Source: Mytilus trossulus (Eukaryota). Taken from it: DNA of 64,000 bases. The stretch spans positions 46,190,001-46,254,000 of the forward strand of contig NC_086374.1 of the NCBI RefSeq assembly GCF_036588685.1, written 5' to 3'. Below, piece after piece: positions 35,542 to 47,922 of the stretch. Numbering within the stretch: the stretch's first letter is position 1; every line of letters begins with the position of its first letter. Position numbers and translations under genes: made by a program. The notes under the pieces are model-generated. The model had not been told where the DNA came from. It worked only from the letters and a program-made list of their open reading frames with translations, and did no database searches.

Positions 35542-36319
35542 CTATTGTCCAGTGTCTATAAACATTTTCGTTTCAAATTGTTTTCCTTCAATTATTAAAA
35601 AATGTAAAATTACAAAATTACTGAACTCCGAGGAATATTTAAAAAGAAATATCCTTAAGCAAATGGCAAACTCAAAAGTTCATTCACATCAAACGAATGG
35701 AATGGATCAAAAGTGGCATATTCCTAACTTGGTTCAGGCATTTTCTTATGTAGAAAATTGTGGATTAAACCTGGTTTTATAGGTAGCTTAATCTCTCACT
35801 TGTATGACAGTCGCATAAAATTTCGTTATATTGACAACGATGTGTAAACAAAACCACAATACATAATAGATAAAAATGTTAATAATAGGGGTGCAGCATT
35901 CAACATTGTGTTATTATCTTAATCACTCTAAAATAAACAAATATGATAACAAACATTAACGATGGCTAAATAGCACAATGACGGTATGTATAAGTACAGA
36001 GTGTCATATGTAAAGTTATCAAAGCTCAATTAACTATTTCAAGAGGCAAACAAAAACTTTTTTTGACACAGAATTTTGCTAATAGATTTTGCTAATCGCA
36101 GACTATTCAAATCCGTCAATCTATTTCAAAAGATGACGAAAACCTATTTATGTTTAAAGTAGAATTCACTGATTAGTTTGATGATACATATAAGTAATAT
36201 TTTTTACCAAAGTATGTACAAGTAATACATAATTTCTTCAAAGATAAAACTTCACCTGTCATTTGTTATATCAAAACCAAACCCACTGCATCTTAGACAT
36301 TTCAATGCAAAAGGTAAAA

Positions 36320-37065
36320 AAGAGGGACGAAAGATAGCAAACTCATAGATAGAGAATAAACTGACAATGCCATGACTAAAAATAAAATATTAACAGACAA
36401 ATATTAGTACAGATAACACAACATACAAAACTAAAGACTAAGCAACATGAACCCCACCACAAACTTGGGGTGATCTCAGGTGCTCCGGATGTATTAGCAG
36501 AAATTTAACCTATGGGAAGTATTACAAAATAAAAATCTATCAATATATATATATATATCTTATTTATCAAGTAATTTCCTATCGGTATCACAAAATTTGC
36601 CTCTTCTTATAGCGCTTAGATATCTAAATTAATATACAATACGATTTTGTATGTTCACACTATAAGAATTTCATTACCAAGGCAGTGCTCCTTATCTAAC
36701 ATACGTGGAAGAACGATTTAAATCGACACGACATAAATTTACGGTCACTAGCAAAAATTAGTTTATCAATGCGATATTCTGTGTAACAACTCACTAGCGA
36801 CATGACCTGTTTTTGCGAGCTTAGATATTTAGATAAAAGGATAGTGGTCTGCTCTGTTATCTCACCGATTGTCTCCTTTACACAATTTCAAACTCATAAA
36901 TAAAACAATTCTGACAATGTCATGGCTAAAACGAAAAGGACAAATGAAAAAGACAAACAGACAAATAAATAATAGTACACAAGACACAACATAGAAAACT
37001 AAAGACTTGAACATGAACCCCATTAAAAACAAGAGATGATCTCAGGTGCTCCGGAAGGGGTAAGT
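36320..37065 (-). repeat. Two copies of an abundant dispersed repeat (...CCTTCCGGAGCACCTGAGATCA...TTTAGTTTTCTATGTTGTG...)
   Basis: Copies lie at about 36320-36500 and 36890-37065. More diverged relatives lie at about 8350-8540 (-), 9775-9970 (+) and 61575-61780 (+). Confidence 0.65.
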
Positions 37066-40000
37066 TCATGCGATTCCCTCCGTTTTATTGCGATTTTGAG
37101 TGTGTGTTTTCGATTCATGAGATTCATCTGCTTCAAGAGAATTAAAGAACGGTAAACTACTGTTGCCCTAAGACCTCCCCATACAAATGTTTTCATACTT
37201 GTCATGTAATTATCCGGGTACCAATTATCCGGGTACCGGGGCAATCGTAAACAAGAATACAACTGTAGAAGTTGTCAATCAAGAACTAAACCTGCTACAT
37301 TCCCCAGCCTATCCAGTGGAAAAATAAAGTTACTGATTGGTGCAACCGATGAATATGTCAGAAACATCTGAACGCGAGCAAAATGGGAATAAAGCAAACA
37401 CCTGAATATATAAAAAGTTGTTCGGGTTTGCATTTCAAACTGCAGTCCAAACTCTCTGACTGTATTTTAAAACGGTTGAGATTAAATATGCGTATTCTCT
37501 GTTATAACAATTATTTTTCTATTCCAGAAGGCAAATGAAAAATCCTGTTTTTAGATTGCTGAACAAAATAAATTGGGATTCATTTCTATTATTAGAATCC
37601 TACTTTTAAAACACTTACATTATTCATTTTAAGGGAAATGTTAAATAAATCACAACTCTTTTCTATTTCTTTTGTATTTTATAACAAAAGTGGATAATTA
37701 AGAAGGCAACAGTAGTATTACGCTGTTTTAAACTCATAAATTGATAGAAACCAAACCGGGTTACAAACTAAAACTGAGGGAAACGCATTAAATATAAGAT
37801 GAGAACATCGACACAACAGAAACACAACATTAAAATGTAACACACATAGAGATGAACTAAACATTAGACAAAATCCGATGAGACATGTTCAATTACGATC
37901 ATTGCATATCAAAATATCATTTACACAACACTTCCATTCCCTATGCTAAATTGAAAAATTCAAGGGTGATTTTTCTACAAAAAAGGGCAATCGCAAGATC
38001 TAATATATTGTTTTATAACTTGCAAAATATTATTCTGTATTACTTCACACTGATTTTAACCCTGAAGACGATTTTACTAGCAATCATTTTTTGAAACAGG
38101 ATAAGCGCAACGCGGTTGTTGCTCAGAATAAACCTCGTCCTATTTGATAGCAACACCTGCAATTGGTAATCCAGATCAATAGACCAAAGTATTTTACATT
38201 TTTCAATCCATTGGAAAGATATGGCTTTTATTTTATAGTGATTTTATAAGCAATCAGATGTGAATTATTAAGAATCATATATACATCTTCAAATACGACA
38301 ATTGTAGATTTCCAATGATATCAAAACATTGTTTACATAACACTACCATTCCTCAGGCTCAACTGATCAATCTTTGCATTTAACAATGATTTTTCTACAC
38401 AAAAAAAAACGGAAATCGCAGACTCTAAATACTGTTGTATATCTTGCAACATATTATTATGTATTAATTTATACGGATATCAACCCGGTAGATGTTTTTC
38501 AGTTTTGTCTAGCAACATAGTTGTCGGTTTTGGAGATTTGATTCAATGGAATCTCTTTGTACATCCTTATTTTTAAACATACCTTTGCATCAATAAAGAA
38601 TATCTCAATGTATAAAGTAAGTAATCAAGTAAGTAAATTGTTTTTTATAGTGACATGTGTAAGTCAGCATAAATATATAAATGTGTACAAAATATAGTTA
38701 CATATATAATACACCCGGCCCAAGGGACCAATAAGTCACCTTTTACTTTTAGTTCAATATGATTGTTCTAAAATCACGTGTCAATTGCCAATTAAAATTT
38801 AAATACAGATAATGAATAACAACGTGCATTCACAATATGTATTTCATCAGCGAGAAGAATCCCTGACTGCGTTGAATGTTTGCAAAGAGCTTTGCGAAAA
38901 CAAATCTTCAAACTTCCCCCATATCATTCATAATTCAGATCTTTACAATCATTCTTCTTTTAACAGAATAAACACATTGGGGTTTTTGCTCATACATTCA
39001 AGAAAATTTCACAACTATTTCCTTTAAACCACCTCCCATTTGATTATAACACCTGCAAGTGTTGATTTAGATAAATAGACCAAAGTATTTTGGATTGATA
39101 GTCTTATGGACAAACATTGCTTTTATTCTGTTGTTATATTTTGTTTTCTTCATATTTATGCTATTTTAGCTCGACATGTAAGATAGTTTTACAGCAAAAT
39201 GCCAGTAGCAATTTACATACGTACCTTAAAATAGATGACTACATTTTAAGAGAGAAGATCAATTTTGCTATGCATTGTTGACTTTAGCAAAAGATCAAAT
39301 TCTGCATTGGAAATTCGACAGCCTGTAATATAAGTGTCACGTTTAAATTAGATAACGGCTAGGATTGATATGTAGGCTGAGTTCAGGGACATTGACACAT
39401 ATTTAGAAATAATACATGTATTGGTACAAAATTAAAAGTTGCATTTCTCTAACAGGTGATAATATAGGGAGAATAATTATAGTTTTTTCCCATTTAAAAT
39501 TCCAGCTGGCGAAATCATATTTCTAGGTACAGGTAGAAAGATAATGGAAAAAACAGGAGACGATACGAAGTTGTCAATATAATATATCATGCTGGTAATA
39601 CCCTTTGAAACTCACAGTTCACTATAGGTATAGACCCAGTGGTAGTGATACGATAAACGTTACCAATTGTATTACAGTAAATAAGTATTTCAAGAAGTAA
39701 TGTTTGTTCAGTGATGCTCGAGTGTAAACATATTTGAAAACCCTCAATTGTGTACAAACATAACGAAACGATGGCTTACAGTATACATATACGACTCTGA
39801 AAACGCGATGGAAATCCGACTGACAATGGTCATGAAGTAAGATGGTTTGACGCTGATGTGCGCTCAAGAAAAGTCTGAAGGGCGATGGTACCGTGGGATT
39901 GTGATGCTATCGTATTGCCGAAGTGCGTTAATTTTAACGTTGAGGTGTATGGTTTGTTAGAAGCATATTTGCACATGATCCAAACTTGTATGGTAAATTG

Positions 40001-41642
40001 TTGCAATTCTTTTTACGAGTCTATCATTTTAACCATAAAAATATATATAATCGATATCGAAATGCCTTAAATTTTTATGGACAATACTGAATGTAAATTA
40101 ATATGCGAACATAAAACAAATATACTTTCCATTATGATTGCAAATCTGTAGATTTAAAACTAGCCACCACGCGTCATATTGACCATTGCACTTCAGCGAA
40201 ATAACCATCACACTTCAGTACAGATCATCGCACTGCAGCATTCCCTTCAAATCAGTCGCATGTTCTTTCTGTAGTATCCCTGTTTTAGGGAAGTTTGCAA
40301 TAGATGTAATCAATATAATTACATATAGAAAGCTTTTGCCAATCTAGTGACAGGACCTCGAGATAAATACATACTTATTGTATTCTTTTGAGAAGCAAAT
40401 GGTTAATGTTTACCTCATATGAGTAAAAAAACAAGTCAATAAGAAGAAGAGCCTAGTTGTTTCCAATAGGAATCCGACGATCTTTTGGTAAATACATGAT
40501 CCAACTCGCATTATAGTTTTGGTGTTAATAAAACTTCAGGCATCATGAGAGAACATTATGGTCTTCTTAGAGTTCAGCATATTGGTTAAAACATGCATAG
40601 CGCTGATGTTTCTCTGCCAACTGTGCATTGGATCTCATGTATATGTTCAGTCAAAGTTTGATTTGTCCTTTTTAACAAGATATGTGTATCTTCGTTTGTA
40701 GAACCAAAATTCGAATACATAAATTAGAAGTTCAATAAGGAACACTGATGTAAAACTTTGGAGACGACCTTATGGGATAAATAATTTTGAAAGAGTAAAT
40801 ATTTATTAAAGGTAACAGAGTTATTATTTAAAACGCCAGACGCTCGTTTCGTCTGCATCATACTCATCAGTGACGCTCAGATCGAAAGTAATCTATGCCT
40901 GGAATAAGAAAATCTGTACTATTTCGAAAAACTCATACTTTTGTAAAGGCCAAATCGGTTCTACCTATTTACCATGCTTATAATTGCAACACATGTTTTA
41001 TTATTTATTATACACAAAATAGTAAGAAAACATATCATTTAGAGTGCAGTTATCCATGCATGATCTATTCAAAAGAGAATTGAGTTAAATCGACATGGCA
41101 TACGTTTGTAACATTTACCGATGGTGTTGAATAAATCGATTGACATGTTATATTTATCAAAGGTACCAGAAATATATAATTTAGTACGCCAGACGCACTT
41201 TTCGTCTACATAGGACTCATTAGTGACGCTCATATCGAAATATTTATAAAACCAAACAAGTACAAAGTATAAAATTCTTTGTGGTTAAAAGTCTTATTAT
41301 TTAGTTGTTGATGTGGTTGCTAAGGCTTCAATGATTGATTCTATGCAGGAAGTGTTGACATTGATGCCTCAGTAGTATTTGTATAGTCCTTGTTTAGGTC
41401 GGATCAAGTCACGTTTAAAATGTCCAAGTTTTATGAACCTAGGTTTGAAATGTTTTGGTTTATAAGTTCAGATTTAAGTAAAATATACTGATATCTTATT
41501 GTTACTACCGTATTCGAATTTGTACCAGAGAGTTGTACAATTTCCTTGTAAAGTTTAAATTTACCTTAAATAAAAGCACGATGTTGGCGTACTTTAGCGG
41601 ACTTTTTAAGATTGAAGGTTAAAGGTGTCCACGATCACAGAG

Positions 41643-41717
41643 TATAAATACACCTTCAACCATTGTGACATTAACCATTTGTGATCAATATTTTAAGAAA
41701 GAGGAGAATATTGTAAA
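41643..41717 (+). promoter_or_regulatory. Candidate TATA box and short non-coding first exon of EF-hand paralog 3
   Basis: TATAAATA lies at 41643, and an AAA|GTAAGA donor lies at 41718. The first coding exon is preceded by an acceptor (TTCACAG, AG at 42676-42677) only 6 nt upstream of the ATG, which implies an upstream UTR exon. Confidence 0.4.
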
Positions 41718-42683
41718 GTAAGAATATATTTATTTTCTATGCTTATTTTAGATCGTTTTTGCAGAATCGTTTCAAATTATTTTCATAATTAGTGTATGCT
41801 GTTGGTATAATTTTTATAAACAAGTGCCAAATAGGAAAAGTGTGGCTATTCGTCATGCTGTTTGGTATCGGCTTTGAGCTATTATCCTAACACTCTTGAG
41901 ATGACATGCAGAAGTTCATTACAAAAAAAAACGTGTGCGCATATAATCACCGGTATCGCTCAAATGCTTATACGAGAGTCATACTGCCAAATACCATAAA
42001 ACATGTGGACATTTGTCAGTCTTAATCTGAGAACTTGCATCTTAGATAATATCATTGCCAAAAACGAATTTCGGCACAACTGGTCGTTTTACTGGTAAAA
42101 CAAATACCAGTGACACTAGTTATGAAGACGAATTATAATTTCGAAAAGGATATGGTTCTTTTTGTTCAAGTACAGTGTATACGTATTTTTTTGTATGTTT
42201 ATATAATGGTAGATTAATAAAGTGATACCTGGTTTTAAAAAAGTTATTTCCTACTTTCCGTAAATGAGCATATTTAAGCAGTGTTGTTGATATTTTATAA
42301 TCGATGTTGATAAGTTGTTGCATATAACATAGCAGTACCAAAATGTTATGCTTTGTTCAGTTTTATGAATATTTTACGTTTTACCAGATACATTCATTTC
42401 ATTAAGTAGATTACTCATGAAAGACATTAAGCTAATAAATTATTAAGTTAGACGCTCGTTTTCTGCTTCGTACTAGTATAGCAACTCAAATACGAAGCTG
42501 AAGAGCATTAAAAAAAACTAAAATTTCAAAAAGACGTGCCCATTACGACTAAGAAAATCCCTGTCTTATGTCGAAAATCCGGAGTGTTTCGAAAAATAAA
42601 TAATGATTAACAGCAAAATAACTGATAACTACCTTGTAAATGATTTAACCGAAGATTATGTACTTTTATATTCACAGATCAGA

Positions 42684-45600
42684 ATGAAACTGATACTTGC
42701 TTTGTCTCTGTTTCTTGGATATGTCACTTGGTATGTATGATGAAAAAATTATGCTTTATAAATTGTGAACGTACGAAGTACTTTTTGAGACTAAGCTTAA
42801 CCAGGAACGCTCAAACCGGAACATTTAAAAGCCAATTATTTAAACAGGCAAAGACATGTAAAAGCGTATAACATACACGGCATTAAAAGAAGAGCCAAAA
42901 TTCTTTTATGGACGATTTAACCTGAGATTCCCAGTAGTTCCTTAAATTTTTAACAGGGAATTTTAAAACATAATGGTTTAATTTTTGAATTGTTGTTTGG
43001 ATGGAGAGTTGTCTCATTGGCACTCACACCACATCTTCCTATATCTATATGTTATAAATCGTGTCCGTACCCAAGCACTGACTATTGCGCTAGTTATTAA
43101 TTCAGAGACTAACAGATCTAGTACGGCGTAATTTTATTTATTTTTTTCTAAATTCTGCTATTGGATCTAGATAACATGTCGAATGCAAGTAAAATATGTT
43201 AGGTTGTTACAATTTTTTCAACAAAGAAGCGCAGAAAAATTGATTACAATGCATATAATTGACGAGAGCATCTATATTTTTTATAATTATGTTTCCCTAT
43301 TACATCAAACTGAATAATACTATATTTAAAATCATTGCAAGGTTTTTATTAATCAGAATAAGACGACTTAGTAAAAAGTAGAAAAGTAGATAAATTGAAA
43401 ACGAAAAATTCCCTAATCAAATGGCAAAATCAAAGGCTTACACACACCAAACGAATGGATAAAAATCTGGGTATTTTTATCTGCGTTTTATTAGTAGTCT
43501 AACTAAGCCTAACCCTTTGAGTCCAAGCCTTGCAGTTTGTTAAATTATGTGTTTCCGAATTTGTTTCAAAGGATTTACAATTAGCCCGTTCAAATCAGTT
43601 GAGAGGAGGTTTAGCGCTATTAAATTTACCAATGTTCTACATTTGAAAATGCCTGTACCAAAGTCAGAAATATGACAGTTGTTGTCCGTTCGTTTGATGT
43701 GTTTTATCATTTATTTTGCCACTTGATTAGGGAGTTTCCGTTTCAAATTTTACCGCGGAGTTCGGTATTTTTGTGATTTTACTTCCTTTTGTTTTTGTTT
43801 TGCAGTCAGACTATCCATGGTCATGAACTGAAAGTATTGGCTCAGAGTCAGTTTAATGGCTTTGATCACAATCACAATGGTATTCTAGAGATGGACGAAT
43901 TTGAAGCTTCTGTCCATGGCACTGACACCAATGGTTTGTATTCTTACATCATTTGTGGAATATTGTCTCGTGAATTTTGAAATGACAAAATACTATAAAT
44001 TCATTTAAAAAAAATCAACCGTGAAATGTTAACAAGACAGCGGTCATTGAGATACACAAGTAATACTTCTTTTTATTTTTGTTTTACACATTTGCTCATT
44101 CATACTTTTAAACGTCTTATATTAGAGAATATCGAGCTTTAAAATTTTCAGGAAATAATTGATTTATGGTTATAATCAGGAAAAAATACACATTAAGAAA
44201 AATATAAATTCATCATAGATATCATGATAACAATTTTGTACAAAAGACCCAAAAAAAGCTTAAACCAGAAAAATTACGAAAATTAAATACCATTGACAGT
44301 TCTTAGGTTTATTTAAGTATAATAAAGTGGTTAGTTAGTTGCAAATGAATATATAAACTTTGAAAATAATAGAAACATTTAACTTTCTCTTAAAATGTCT
44401 TCTTTAAACCCACGAAGACATGCAGTTTCTTATTAAAGTTTTTAAATTGCCGAACATGTAATATGTTTTTATATACAAGACTCCAATATCATTTAGTACA
44501 CAGTAAAGGGTTTAATTAGTGGCGTATTCAACAATTTTGACAAAATCATGACATTGTGCAATACAATGCCAAAATATTATTACATTATATATATTGGCAG
44601 GATGTAAGATCAGGAGTTTTCAACTTCGTACTTTATTTGGTCATTTTTACTTTATTTTATTCGCGCTACAACGATGAGTCTTATGCATATTAAAATCAAA
44701 TTAGATTTAAAATTATTTCACAGGTGATGGAAACGTAACTTGTGCTGAATATGCCGCTGCAACTTCTCAGCCACATGCTCTAGCACTTGAGATTTTCCAC
44801 CATTATGATCAAGATGGAGATTGTATCATGAGTCATGCAGATGCATTGGCTACACTTCGTCAAATCGACTCAAACGGTAGTTATGTATTAATTTTACACC
44901 TTATATGAGAAAGCCAGATTTTGATTGGTTGATAGCCAGAGTATTTTTCGCATATTCTAATATTTGTTCCTTATTTCAAACAAATTTACCTGTTTTTCAC
45001 CACTGCCGGAGAATTTGTCTCAAAAACCATGGATAATCCTTTTTTTTACCCTCTCGAGTATCTTCCCGCCAAACATTTTCGGAGATAACTTTACATTAAA
45101 ATGCGAGCTAACGCGTAATAGTACATGTATATTTCCCGCGGTTTTATGATAATTCCTCTTATCCTCAAAATTATGCATAAACATGTTAATGAATTATAGC
45201 TTTCAATTAGTAAAAGATATCTTCACCGTTACAAAGAGTTTCATTCCAAATCTATTCGGTGTAATTAAACAGATATATCATGTTATGGAGAGGTATTACC
45301 CGTCTTGGGACTGAATTTCCCTAGCTCGACTAGCTGCAATGAAAATTTTACAGTCCCTTGACTGGTATTTTTCGCAAATACCCTTCCATAACATAATATA
45401 TCTGTTCAAAATGCGAAATTATTTTAAGTAAAAAGCTATTCGCAATCGTCTTGTATTTTTTTAAATTGATTTGTTATCGTTTTATTCCGCCATATTTTTT
45501 CTCCAGTTTCTCCCAATTTCTTTGTCTACAAATCCAATATTTGATAACAATTCTCACGCAAAGAGAAAACGGATATATTTATATCTGTAGTTATGAACTT

Positions 45601-46258
45601 TATAAGTAGAATATTCTCTCATTTGTTGCATTCAAGTTTTCAACCAAGTGCGGTAAAGACACTACAAAGGTTACCAAAATGTATTTTCCGTTGAGCCATC
45701 TAAGCTTTGTCACAAATTATTTCTTTAATGGCAAAATTGGAACGAAGAAGCAAATCTATGCTTAGATGACAAAATTGCAAACAAATACTTCAAGAAATAA
45801 AAAAAAAAATAAACAAAATCTGTTTTAACAGGTGATGGAACTGTGAATGAACACGAGTTTGAACATTATTACACACAGGTAAAGTATAAATAATTTACAT
45901 TGGCAGCACATATTGTTCGATACAACATTTATTTCTATTAATTGCACATGTATTTTTTTTAAATTTGTGATAATTTTGAATTTGAGTGAATTAAAGCATT
46001 TGGATTTAATGTTAGAACTTTTATTAGAGTTTAGAGTAAAAGATGCTTTAATCATTTGATTTTGCTATTTGATAAGGAACTTTCCGTTTTAAATTTTCCT
46101 CGGAGTTCAGTATTTTTGTGATTTTACTAAATGGTATTGAGTAAACTTTTTATTTGTTTGACAAATCTACTAGTATGTGATTATATTTATTTATTGTTTG
46201 TCATCTGTAGATAATGAAGCATCTTGGACATATTCCTCACGGCCATAATGGAAGATAA
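42684..46258 (+). CDS. Secreted EF-hand calcium-binding protein, paralog 3 (140 aa, 15 His)
   Basis: Coding exons are 42684-42730, 43806-43933, 44724-44876, 45832-45878 and 46211-46258. Introns are GT-AG with phases 2,1,1,0. Protein: MKLILALSLFLGYVTCQTIHGHELKVLAQSQFNGFDHNHNGILEMDEFEASVHGTDTNGDGNVTCAEYAAATSQPHALALEIFHHYDQDGDCIMSHADALATLRQIDSNGDGTVNEHEFEHYYTQIMKHLGHIPHGHNGR*. Confidence 0.9.
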
Positions 46259-47129
46259 GGTAATTTAAGCGTTACTTTTTCCAATTGATATAAAAAAAAA
46301 AACATGACATGTCTTCGATTTTAAAATTTTCAATTAAATGACTTGCCACTTAATGTATCCGATAATTATAGTTGAAGTCTTTAGTTGTTGATCTGGTTCT
46401 TAAAAAGTATGTTTATCGATTGTAATCAGTTAAAATGTGATCAATTAATAACCATCTACATAAAGGTATCAGTAGTACCGCTGTTCGAAATTCTCCAATC
46501 GTTTGAGGAAAAACAAATTCTGGTCACAAACTCAAACCGAGGGAAACACATCAAATATAACAAGAAAACAACGACACAACAGAAACACTAAAATTCAACA
46601 CACACAGAAATGAATTATACGATAACAATAGCTATTTTCCTGACTCTGAACAGAACACTTTAAGAAAAACGGTTTCAATTAACTCAGTTCTTAAATCTAC
46701 GAATTATTTTTCTATTCATATCATTTCTTTTTCTGTCATTTGAATATGCGGAAACATATATAGCTGTACCATTTTGTGTATCGAGCGGTTATATTCTCAG
46801 TCTGTTTAAAAATGTGAATAGCTTCTGTTCATTCTCGTTTTAAGAGCTAAGAAAAAACGAATATCTACCTGTAATCAACGAATTATTCTGTACATTTTGT
46901 TTTTGCAGGTGGGAGGATCCAAGTCTACCTCTGTATAAAAGTTTTAGTTATTAAATATGTTTCGGTTGATCTTTATTTTACAACGTGAATGTATGAAAAA
47001 GAGTTAATGTTGCTCCACAGTTGTTTGGGTAGTCTTATCCGTAAAATGATCGAAACCATAAAAAAAATGAAAATCAGCTCAAACCACATAAGTCAAGTCA
47101 GGTTATGTAGAATTACTAAAACGTTACAG

Positions 47130-47335
47130 GTTACTTAATACGGAACAGCTAATTCCGCCTTATGTCAGTTTATACCAGATCAATTATCAAACCGTCTGAT
47201 ATCAGTTAATGCAGTACGTCTTACCCGTCCAGGTCAGTAAATGCAGAACAACTTAAATCGTCTGTGGCCATTAAATGGAGAACAACTAAATTCGTCTATG
47301 GTCAGTTAATGCAGAACACCTAAAATCGTTTAGGT
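47130..47335 (+). repeat. Degenerate ~35-bp tandem repeat (about 5-6 units)
   Basis: A motif like GTCAGTTAATGCAGAACAACTTAAATCGTCTATG recurs. Confidence 0.55.
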
Positions 47336-47922
47336 TTTACTTTGTAAATACAGCCTCTTTTGGGGAGATGTTGAATATTCATAGAAAATTAATTTTGTTT
47401 ACATACTGGTTCCCAGTTATGCTCTCTTTGTTCCATCTCACAGAGACACAACTTGGGTATGTTACCAGTAAATTTACATGCGCATATTGTTTACATTGAA
47501 ATATGTGGTAACCTTTCATTCGATGTTAGTTTAAACCCTGAGAGGTTCAGGGCATATAAAATTTCATCAGGCAAAGTTAATCTACTGTCTCATTATTTGA
47601 ATACTTTTGGATTTTATTATCTCAAAAGTAGCATAATTCAGGCTTTAAATGCGATTGGCCTCTTGCGGACTACACGTCATATATTGATTAACAAAGCACT
47701 CAAAAATAGTGACATAGCACATCTTTTTATAAGTTTGTTTTAATGGTTTAAAACTTTATTTATACGTTGAAGTTGTTTACATTCATTCGAACCTTAAAAA
47801 CTATAGTTCCCGCACATGAAAATCAAACTTTCGCACACATTTTCCAAAATATTTCAAACATTTTTTATTACATTTTCTCATTTCTCTCTCACACAAATAC
47901 TCCGTTTCGACCTTTTTCATAT

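Noticed and set aside
38615-39090. LINE 3' end with (TTAC)n tail, related to 61148-61270
   Set aside because: The shared 3' motif is real, but I recognised no coding motif, so the family could not be assigned and it is not listed as a feature.
39780-40070. Tudor-like peptide (CAQEKSEGRWYRGIV) or ORF 39885-40070
   Set aside because: The match is short, with stops nearby and no supporting exon structure, so it is probably chance or unrecognisable decay.
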